This document shows positions 1 to 9,170 of a stretch of DNA of 64,000 bases, piece by piece; the first letter of the stretch is position 1; each line of letters opens with the position of its first letter. Under the pieces are notes generated by a model. The model was not told where the DNA came from and did not search any database. It saw only the letters and a program-made list of their open reading frames with translations. The stretch is from the NCBI GenBank assembly GCA_965235115.1, contig OZ249439.1, forward strand, positions 11,160,001 through 11,224,000, given 5' to 3'. Origin of the DNA: Laetmonice hystrix (lineage: Eukaryota). Made by a program: the position numbers and the translations under genes.

Positions 1-1675
1 TCAGGCTATCACTGTCCGACACGTCTGTGGGTCTGAGACAGAGACTAGCAGTCAGGATATCACTGTCCGATACGTCTGTGGGTCTGAGAGTGAGACTAGC
101 AGTCAGGCTATCACTGTCCGATACGTCTGTGGGTCTGAGAGTGAGACTAGCAGTCAGGCTATCACTGTCCGATACGTCTGTGGGTCTGAGACAGAGACTA
201 GCAGTCAGGCTATCACTGTCCGATACGTCTGTGGGTCTCAGAGAGTGAGACTAGCAGTCAGGCTATCACTGTCCGACACGTCTGTGGGTCTGAGAGTGAG
301 ACTAGCAGTCAGGCTATCACTGTCCGATACGTCTGTGGGTCTGAGACAGAGACTAGCAGTCAGGCTATCACTGTCCGATACGTCTGTGGGTCTGAGAGAG
401 AGACTAGCAGTCAGGCTATCACTGTCCGATACGTCTGTGGGTCTGACAGTGAGACTAGCAGTCAGGCTATCACTGTCCGATACGTCTGTGGGTCTGAGAG
501 AGAGACAAGCAGTCAGGCTATTACTGTCCGATACGTCTGTGGGTCTGAGACAGAGACTAGCAGTCAGGCTATCACTGTCCGATACGTCTGTGGGTCTGAG
601 ACAGAGACTAGCAGTCAGGCTATCACTGTCCGATACGTCTGTGGGTCTGAGAGTGAGACTAGCAGTCAGGCTATCACTGTCCGATACGTCTGTGGGTCTG
701 AGACAGAGACTAGCAGTCAGGCTATCACTGTCCGATACGTCTGTGGGTCTGAGACAGAGACTAGCAGTCAGGCTATCACTGTCCGATACGTCTGTGGGTC
801 TGAGAGTGAGACTAGCAGTCAGGCTATCACTGTCCGATACGTCTGTGGGTCTGAGACAGAGACTAGCAGTCAGGCTATCACTGTCCGATACGTCTGTGGG
901 TCTCAGAGAGTGAGACTAGCAGTCAGGCTATCACTGTCCGACACGTCTGTGGGTCTGAGAGTGAGACTAGCAGTCAGGCTATCACTGTCCGATACGTCTG
1001 TGGGTCTGAGACAGAGACTAGCAGTCAGGCTATCACTGTCCGATACGTCTGTGGGTCTGAGAGTGAGACTAGCAGTCAGGCTATCACTGTCCGATACGTC
1101 TGTGGGTCTGAGAGAGAGACTAGCAGTCAGGCTATCACTGTCCGACACGTCTGTGGGTCTGAGAGTGAGACTAGCAGTCAGGCTATTACTGTCCGACACG
1201 TCTGTGGGTCTGAGACAGAGACTAGCAGTCAGGCTATCACTGTCCGATACGTCTGTGGGTCTGAGACAGAGACTAGCAGTCAGGCTATCACTGTCCGATA
1301 CGTCTGTGGGTCTGAGACAGAGACTAGCAGTCAGGCTATCACTGTCCGATACGTCTGTGGGTCTGAGAGTGAGACTAGCAGTCAGGCTATCACTGTCCGA
1401 TACGTCTGTGGGTCTGAGACAGAGACTAGCAGTCAGGCTATCACTGTCCGATACGTCTGTGGGTCTGAGACAGAGACTAGCAGTCAGGCTATCACTGTCC
1501 GATACGTCTGTGGGTCTGAGAGTGAGACTAGCAGTCAGGCTATCACTGTCCGACACGTCTGTGGGTCTGAGACAGAGACTAGCAGTCAGGCTATCACTGT
1601 CCGATACGTCTGTGGGTCTGAGAGAGATACTAGCAGTCAGGCTATCACTGTCCGATACGTCTGTGGGTCTGAGAC
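1..1675. repeat. 51-bp minisatellite, ~33 copies, truncated by the window start
   Basis: Unit tcaggctatcactgtccgatacgtctgtgggtctgagacagagactagcag recurs every 51 bp. The 17-aa periodic ORFs on both strands (VRLSLSDTSVGLRQRLA / LRPTDVSDSDSLTASLC) follow from this. Confidence 0.98.
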
Positions 1676-1866
1676 TGGCAGCCCCCCCCCCTCCACCACC
1701 ACGTACGACCTGCCCTCCACCCTTTGTTATCCCAGCTCCAGGAGCCAGCCGACCTGCCCCCCACCATTTGTTATCCCAGCTCCAGCAGCGCCAGCCGCTC
1801 GCTGCCCGTTCACCGCCCCAGTTCTGATCGAGATCATCCAACCCAACCACCTGCCATGGAAGCGTT

Positions 1867-1968
1867 CAACCAAGGAGAACACCTTCTCCAAGTCATGACT
1901 CAACCAAGGAGGACACCTTCTCCAAGTCATGACTCAACCAAGGAGGACACCTTCTCCAAGTCATGACT
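1867..1968. repeat. 34-bp tandem repeat, 3 copies
   Basis: caaccaaggaggacaccttctccaagtcatgact starts at 1867, 1901 and 1935. Confidence 0.9.
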
Positions 1969-2304
1969 CACTCACCTAATGATCACAATTCATGAAAACA
2001 GATCTAACAGATGGGATCAAATTATCAGATTGGGGACTTTACCAACAACTGCCTGGTGCTCCGTGAAAATACTTTATGACATCTTAAATCATCAAAAAAC
2101 GTTAAAATATTTGCCAATATCAAACACCCTTCCTCTCTTTAATGTGTGAAACAAACACACCCAGCTCTCTCGACAACAATCGACAAGAAAGACATCGCTC
2201 GGCATGTTTCCGCACTTGCCTCAGTGGCTATTTTTAAACACAATATACTAGCTTGGATCAGAAACAAACACTCGTTGTTTGGTGCGATCCCATTCACAAC
2301 TGAC

Positions 2305-2388
2305 CCCTCCCTCCCCCCTCCCTCCCTCCCTCACTCACTTACCCACTCACTCACTCACTCACTCACTCACTCACTCACTCACTCACTC
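2305..2388. repeat. (CCCT)n/(CACT)n microsatellite
   Basis: Direct reading: ccctccctccc... followed by a long cactcactcact run ending in CAG. Confidence 0.95.
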
Positions 2389-2390
2389 AG

Positions 2391-2444
2391 ACAGCTGAGT
2401 GACCACCACCTCACCAGGTCACCGGTCAGCGTCCCCAGGTTCAG
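2391..2444 (+). CDS. Candidate internal exon (54 nt, phase 2-2) of an unidentified plus-strand gene
   Basis: Pyrimidine-rich microsatellite plus CAG acceptor, CAG|GTGAGT donor, and a single open frame (QLSDHHLTRSPVSVPRF). I do not recognise a homologue. Confidence 0.4.
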
Positions 2445-2573
2445 GTGAGTGTGCCAAGGTCAGCTGGGACGTGTCCAGTGGATGATGTGACTGACCCTCT
2501 CTGTTACCCCACTGACCAACACAATACTGAGGTCAGCGGCGCCGACTGACCACCTGGATCCTGGCCAGGAGTC

Positions 2574-3575
2574 TGCTAGGACCTGGTCCGGCCAGGAGTC
2601 CGCCTCCAGTACTGCAGGACCTGGTCCGGCCAGAAGTCTGCCTCCAGTACTGCAGGACCTGGTCCGGCCAGGTGTCTGCCTCCAGTACTGCAGGACCTGG
2701 TCCGGCCAGGAGCCTTCCTCCAGTACTGCAGGACCTGGTCCGGCCAGGAGTCTGCCCCCAGTACTGCAGGACCTGGTCCGTCCAGGTGCCTGCCCCCAGT
2801 ACTGCAGGACCTGGTCCGTCCAGGAGTCTGCCTCCAGTACTGCAGGACCTGGTCCGGCCAGGAGCCTTCCTCCAGTACTGCAGGATCTGGTCCGACCAGG
2901 TGCCTGCCTCCAGTACTGCAGGACCTGGTCCGGCCAGGTGTCTGCCTCCAGTACTGCAGGACCTGGTCCGGCCAGGAGCCTGCCTCCAGTACTGCAGGAC
3001 CTGGTCCGGCCAGGAGTCTGCCTCCAATATTGCAGGACCTGGTCCGGCCAGGTGCCTGCCTCCAGTACTGCAGGACCTGGTCCGACCAGGTGCCTGCCTC
3101 CGGTACTGCAGGACCGGGGCCATCTAGGTGCCTGGCCCCAGTACTGCAGGACCTGGTCCGACCAGGTGCCTGCCTCCAGTACTGCAGGACCTGGTCCGTC
3201 TAGGAGTCTGCCTCCGGTACTGCAGGACCGGGGCCATCTAGGTGCCTGGCCCCAGTACTGCAGGACCTGGTCCGACCAGGTGCCTGCCTCCAGTACTGCA
3301 GGACCTGGTCCGTCTAGGAGTCTGCCTCCGGTACTGCAGGACCGGGGCCATCTAGGTGCCTGGCCCCAGTACTGCAGGACCTGGTCCGACCAGGTGCCTG
3401 CCTCCAGTACTGCAGGACCTGGTCCGTCTAGGAGTCTGCCTCCGGTACTGCAGGACCGGGGCCATCTAGGTGCCTGGCCCCAGTACTGCAGGACCTGGTC
3501 CGACCAGGTGCCTGCCTCCAGTACTGCAGGACCTGGTCCGTCTAGGAGTCTGCCTCCAGTACTGCAGGACCGGGG
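2574..3575. repeat. 38-bp minisatellite; right half organised as a 114-bp (3x38) higher-order repeat
   Basis: Unit cctccagtactgcaggacctggtccggccaggagtctg. From ~3100 three variant monomers cycle, giving a 38-aa periodic ORF. Confidence 0.97.
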
Positions 3576-4058
3576 CCATACAGGAGATTTTCTCCATTGT
3601 CCAGGAACCTTCCTCCAGTAGGACCGGAGACCATCATGGAGGCAAGATAAACTACAGAATGAAATCAGAGAATTCTTCAGTTAAGTATTCCTTGGAGGCT
3701 CCATAAATCATCATACCACCAACCACCGAAACAGTCTAGGTCTAGGTCAGCAACAGAGAGCCATTCTACCCCCCCCCCCCCAACCTTTTTCTCTTGTTGG
3801 GGTGGGGGGGGAGAGGGGGTACCTATCAGTTCCGTTACGCCATTATGGTAACGCTAAGATTTCCGACCTCAACCCGTTGACGCCGAGTGGGGAGCGCTGC
3901 CCGGGTGGTTCATTTATTATAAATTAACCTGAGCATAACTTACGAAGTTATATCATAGATTTATTTTTCTTGTCCCTTGTTCCTGGCAGCCCCAGAGTCC
4001 AGACTTGAAGTCAGTCACGGCTGACTGATGTCTGTTCTTGTTTCCCCTGTTTCCCCAG

Positions 4059-4395
4059 CTCCGTGATCGGACGTGCCCTCACCCCACCCCCGGGGGGAGG
4101 GAGGGCACGGCCCCAGTGGGGTGGGGCCGGGGGTACCTGGTACAGGTGCACCGCCACAACCACTACCTTTGTCTGCCTACCATTCCCTGACCCCCCAGCC
4201 AAGGGCAATCTGCTGGCCCTGACCCGGCCCGCACCCCACCTATCCCGGGACTGTGGGCCCCGAGCTACCTTACCCCGCCTGACGGAGGACACAGCCTGGA
4301 CCACCGGCCCCACACCTCCCCGGCTGCTGTTACCCCGGCCAGCTGGGCTAACAGAGACACAACCTTGCTCTGTTTTCACCTTGTGTACCACATAG
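4059..4395 (+). CDS. Candidate terminal exon of the same unidentified gene
   Basis: Strong acceptor tgttcttgtttcccctgtttccccag. A phase-2 join to 2391-2444 keeps the frame open to TAG at 4393-4395, and AATAAA occurs downstream near 4846 and 5061. No recognisable domain. Confidence 0.3.
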
Positions 4396-6553
4396 GTGTT
4401 AAATTGGGGTTAATGACGCCTCACAGAGTTCAAGCCCCTTCAACCCTCGCCTGATGACCCCATACACAACACCTTGAGGCCTGCAGCAGTCACTGTCTTC
4501 ATGGAAATTCTAATCTTACTCTGGCCACAATGTTTCTACTAAACACAGAAAACTAAAACTTCTGTCTCCGTATTTACCTACTCGAAACTATATCTCTCTG
4601 ATATATAATCCAAGGTTATATCTTGACCATTATTGCCCGTATTGATCATCAGGCTACAAAAAATATTTAATGGCCCCTGACCCCAAGAGTCATTCCCAGA
4701 TATAGGACGACATTTTTGACCTATACGATGAAGGAAGTACAGGACCGTTGCCTACACATTGTTTGGGCTGTAAATAATATGAAGCATTTATCATCTGTTT
4801 CGATATGCTAAAGATCCTCGTTTGTTTAGTGGTTCATGGAAAATATTAAATAAATGTTCCTGTTGCCAATGTACGAAAGATAGTCCGAATGACAGTGCTG
4901 GCGAAGTTTTAGTGGAGTGGTTGCATTTCAATTCAGTCACATAGTTTCAAACACTCTATCAACTTATGTCCTATTCTTGTTTCATGGTACAAACTGAGAC
5001 TGGAACTTTCGATCATACGCTGTACTAGTAGGCCGAATTATACACGACTATTCAAATTTCAATAAACATGGCTTTGTTTAACATCGCACTGCCAAACTAC
5101 TCAGGCAGCCTTGGTCTAGCCACAGTATAAGTCTGAGAGCCCAGAGTTACATTTTCAAACCCGATATGGTAATTTCTATGTATCAGGACTTTAAAGCTAT
5201 TGATAGGCTACAATAATTCTCATATAACTCAATTTAAACATTTTTTGTTAACATATGTAATCTAGCGAAAGGGTTACATTCCATTTTTTTTAAATCAATC
5301 TGAGATCATATATGTAACTGCCAGCACAAGGGTCGAACACAGCGCCCCTCAGGTCACATCCAGGGTGGTCATTGTTTAAAACTGCCTCCACTACCAACCA
5401 AGCCAGTCGACCTGCCCCACTGACTGCCCAGCCAGCCCAGAGAGGTCGTCACCCAGCCAGTCAATGGTTCCCATACCCTATTGTTTTACTGTGCCTGGAC
5501 CACCAGCCAGGCAAGCCTACTGACCCGCTGACTGAGCACCCCGTGCCCTCAGTATTGACTTACATGCAACCACCCGACATGTCTGCAGCCAATCGAGATA
5601 TCTGCCTGTCAGCCTACCAGTTTGATCCTTTCACTCAGCTATCAGGAAACATTACTGGTTCAATCTGGGACAAGTCAGGGAGTTTACGCTCATGAGACGC
5701 TAGGAGCCTTGGTCGTTGTTTTATGTGTTCCCACCTGTAGGAGTTTGGACCTTGGCTTTACTTCTCCAACAGTTTGGTGAATCGTCTGTGTGCCCTTCGA
5801 AGGACGATTGGTGTGCTATATCTTTACAAAGAAGTTAACGTTCTGATTATGTCTCTAATGAAGTGCTATGTTCGTCTGTGATAAACCACTGGTGCAGCCT
5901 CTCCTGTGCTGTGGGCTGATTGCTATTTTACTATTTTTAGTGAGACTTTATAATAAGAAGGACTGAACACGCCAAGAGTATTAAACTAGATGTATAAAAC
6001 TACATATCCAGTCAAAGGAGAAGACTGGATCGTGGTTCACTCAGTACTACAGTGCTGTGAGTCACTACTGTGTAACCAGTTCAATTGTGTGTTAGTAAGA
6101 TCATGTGGACAATTTGGTAATTTAAATAGCTATGGTATGTATACAGCACTTTTGTAATCTTTAACACATATCTCACGTGTCATCATTTAGCATCTCAGGG
6201 CCAAGCACATTAGCCAGGCACATAACTGATATTCAATTCTGACTGAGTTAAATAGGTTATTTCTGCTTTCAAGCTGAAATGTTCAGTGGTTTGTACACAG
6301 AACTTCAATGTTGAAGTTCAGTCTACAGTTCAGTTTCTTACTTTACACATGGCAGGACCTAAGTTTGGGATGACAACTGACAAAGGCAGGTTGCAAAGTT
6401 GTTTTATTAACACAAACGTTTAACTTTTGACAGAGGAAATGGTCTGCATTTTGAGCACCAATAATGGATGACATGGTCAACAGGTGTGGCAATGATTTTA
6501 TATGTCTGAAGTGATATAAAAATATGTCAATGGGAAACAGCTGTCATACTTAC

Positions 6554-6628
6554 GAGGTCATAGATGACTTTGATGAGTAAGGAACAGCTGGGACAACGTG
6601 CTACGTCTTCTCCACTTTCTAACTCTTC
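6554..6628 (-). CDS. DPH3: DPH3 (diphthamide biosynthesis 3 / CSL zinc finger, KTI11) coding exon 2
   Basis: Translates [25 protein letters not shown] (second CxxC). tttcag acceptor and GTAAGT donor, 75 nt, phase 0-0, matching the vertebrate DPH3 exon boundary. Confidence 0.96.
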
Positions 6629-7509
6629 CTGAAATTGATATACATGAGTCATGATGTTTACCACAATTATTTTCTTCTCAAAGATATGTACCAAGTGTAT
6701 GAGATAAAGTTGGTGACTTGGTGTATGGCTCACCGCTGGCATTGTTATCATGGCCGCCACGCCAAAACCCCCAATGTGTTACAGCAATGGTATATTAATC
6801 AAGTACTGAAGCAGGGTTCATAACATTACTTAACAGTTAAACCTACATTTTACACATTAAAATTGATCAATGCAATCTTTTGCAAATTTGAGCCAAATTT
6901 ATAAAACCAAATTGATAAGCATGTTTATTATGTATCACACCATATACTGTAATATTATACTTCCTGTACTGTCTATTACTGTGCCAAATACAAATGATCA
7001 GTAAATTATTTACTGCTGTCTGTGCCATTTTAAAAATATTTTTCACTTGTAATAATAATTTATTTACAGGTAGGCTACCCTAGAAATTCAATGGCCGATC
7101 TTTGCCGCATATTGCCTTTTTCCTCATGTTTTACACTGTAAGCCTATTTCCTGTGTTATCAGTGTAAGTAGAGCAAGACTCTAGACTGTAATAATGAGGA
7201 GTAAAAGCAAAAAGCAAAGGACAGGCGCAGACAGTGCAGAGTCAGAGAGTGTCTGTCTGGGTCCAGCGGCAGGCCCAGCCGACTGGGTCGGAATGACCGA
7301 CATTCATAGCCTTATTGATTACAGCCAGCACACTCTGTGCCGGTCTCCACAGCACACAGGCTTGCCACCATTCCCTGAGTGAACATGGTAGCAGCACACA
7401 ACATCCCCACATCACACACCGTACAGTTACCACTGCCTGGCGGGCCACCACACGCAACGTCAACATACACGGCAGGACTCGTTTCAACAACTGAATTTCT
7501 GTCTCTTAC

Positions 7510-7617
7510 CTTCGTTATCTGGAAGCGGTCGCCACATGGACACGGGTAGTAGTATGTTTCGTCGTCCTCGTCATATTCCATGTCCTCAATCTCAATTTCA
7601 TCATGATAAATAGACAT
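7510..7617 (-). CDS. DPH3: DPH3 coding exon 1
   Basis: [36 protein letters not shown], the DPH3/KTI11 N-terminus with YPCPCGD. AAG|GTAAGA donor at 7509. Confidence 0.97.
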
Positions 7618-7619
7618 AT

Positions 7620-7700
7620 TGGCGAACTTTAACGATTCCCATCTCCACCAACTCTCACGTGTCCGCCATAATACCGGAAGATACTCTCCTCTGTGCGGAG
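7620..7700 (-). promoter_or_regulatory. DPH3 proximal promoter / 5' UTR
   Basis: CpG-containing stretch just upstream of the ATG, with CACGTG (~7656), CCGCCAT (YY1-like, ~7663) and CCGGAAG (ETS-like, 7674). Confidence 0.45.
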
Positions 7701-8364
7701 GTACAAACTGACGGTGCTTGCTAGGGAGCATGCATTATTTCACATTATGTTTTCTCCAAGATGTGTTTCACAGTCTGAGGCTTTATCGTTCAGAGTACTT
7801 AGGCCAACAACCCTCGGCGTACGAACTAAACGTGCTTTAATTATTTTTTCTGTTTAGATACAGCTGCTCTAGGTTTTAACGGCCAAATATCTGAGTCCTA
7901 TCTTCCAGCGGGTTGAAAACTTGAAAGTAGGCCTAGATTTAAAATATTCATGGCGTTTTATCGGCGTGAGTAGGCCTATACAGCAAGGCTATAGATAGCT
8001 ATAGATGGGTCAAAGATCTCTATGACCCATAGCCCAGGCCTACTATAGCCCTACTCTGACAAATCCGTCAGTATGAACTGGGCAGCCTTGTGGCAAGAAG
8101 TTTAGGCTTAGTCTAGATCTATTGCCATTATTATTAAAATGATAAAATAGGCCTAATTAAAAATTATAAAATAATAAATGATAGATCTAGGTCTAGGCCT
8201 AAGAGTAGATCTAAGTCACTCTATAAAAAAGTTTAGGACTTTACAACCTAAATCTGTAAGTAGGGGCTATTAGGATGTCTGAACAACTTATCGCCGGCCC
8301 GCGTTCTCAGACCACGTGCATGGATGCTCGATCGTTTGGACATGGATGACGTCACGGGCGGTCC

Positions 8365-8730
8365 CCGGATGGCCGGCGCAGTGGTAAGAGCGCGGGATCT
8401 TTGATCTAAACGGTTCTGGCGGTTCAAGCCACGGCATCGCCGGACTTTCCTGGCAGGCGCGGATCATCCAGGGGGGGGGGTCCAGGGGGTCCGGACCCCC
8501 CCCCCCTGCTGAGGACCAACTTAGGTTTTTGCTATGTTATCAGGGAAGGGCCCCAGACTTTTTGCCCCCTCCTCCAGCGGCTCGCATCTTTCGGACCCCC
8601 CCCCCCCTGCAAAAATTCCTGGATCCGCGCCTGCATGCCTGGATATAGGCTATAGCAGTGCTGCCGACTGCTTTATCAAAGGCCGACCGTGTCACGATAG
8701 GCCTAATGTGGAAGGGCACGTTAAAGATCC
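8365..8730 (+). mobile_element. tRNA-derived SINE, 3'-truncated and split by a MITE
   Basis: A-box-like ggcgcagtggtaa (~8375) and B-box ggttcaagcc (8421-8430). The body resumes after 8634 (caaaggccg...gtggaagggcacgttaaagatcc), which resembles a Meta-type SINE core from memory. A homologous copy lies at 36941-37139 on the minus strand. Confidence 0.75.
8454..8633. mobile_element. 180-bp MITE-like non-autonomous DNA element, superfamily unassigned
   Basis: Terminal inverted repeats caggcgcggatc...gatccgcgcctg, with internal G/C runs and an internal ggggtccggacccc palindrome. Confidence 0.85.
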
Positions 8731-8989
8731 TCCCGATGAATTTCAATGGCTGCCCAGGTCAATGCCAGGTCAACAACCAGAGACGTTCGCTTCATGGCGA
8801 CAACAGGCAACTGAAATGTTGAATTTCATTAGATGTCTCCATTTCTCTGCGTAACGGGGGCCTACATTTCAGACTATCTAACCTATATAGGCCTAGGCCT
8901 AAATAGCCCATATCTGAATTTTGGGGTCAATGAAAATTTAATGAGAGATTGTATCTATCGATGATTGCTTTAAACACCAACTACTCCAC

Positions 8990-9170
8990 TCCCATGACGT
9001 CACGGCAATGTGGCATTAACAATAGGCCTACCCGAATATCGTCACGTGATCCAAACCCGACATGTCCCGGATCATTCTCCTACCGCAGCGCCATCTCTCT
9101 TCATTCAAAGCGCAAGGGACGCGCAAGCGCAGTATCGCCGGAAGTAGTCAGAGTGGTCCCGGATGTGAGT
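8990..9170 (+). promoter_or_regulatory. Candidate plus-strand promoter and non-coding first exon, probably of the INF2-like gene
   Basis: TGACGTCA (8995), GTCACGTGAT (9041), CGCCATCT (~9091), GCGCAAGCGC (NRF1-like, 9121) and CCGGAAGT (9138), followed by a GAT|GTGAGT donor at 9165. Confidence 0.5.

Noticed and set aside
27-1850. Long ORFs (222-315 aa) here and in the arrays at 25.1-26.0, 31-32, 33.2-33.9, 42.4-43.2, 56.5-56.9, 61-62 and 63-64 kb as repetitive proteins
   Set aside because: They follow from stop-free repeat units, occur on both strands, shift frame at repeat indels, lack start and splice context, and mostly lie in INF2 introns.
4500-5300. Possible decayed LINE 3' end (SIYHLF-like string)
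   Set aside because: There are many stops and frameshifts, and the similarity is too weak to support by eye.
8365-8445. Functional tRNA gene
   Set aside because: A and B boxes are present, but the acceptor and anticodon stems pair poorly and the sequence continues into a SINE body with a second copy elsewhere.
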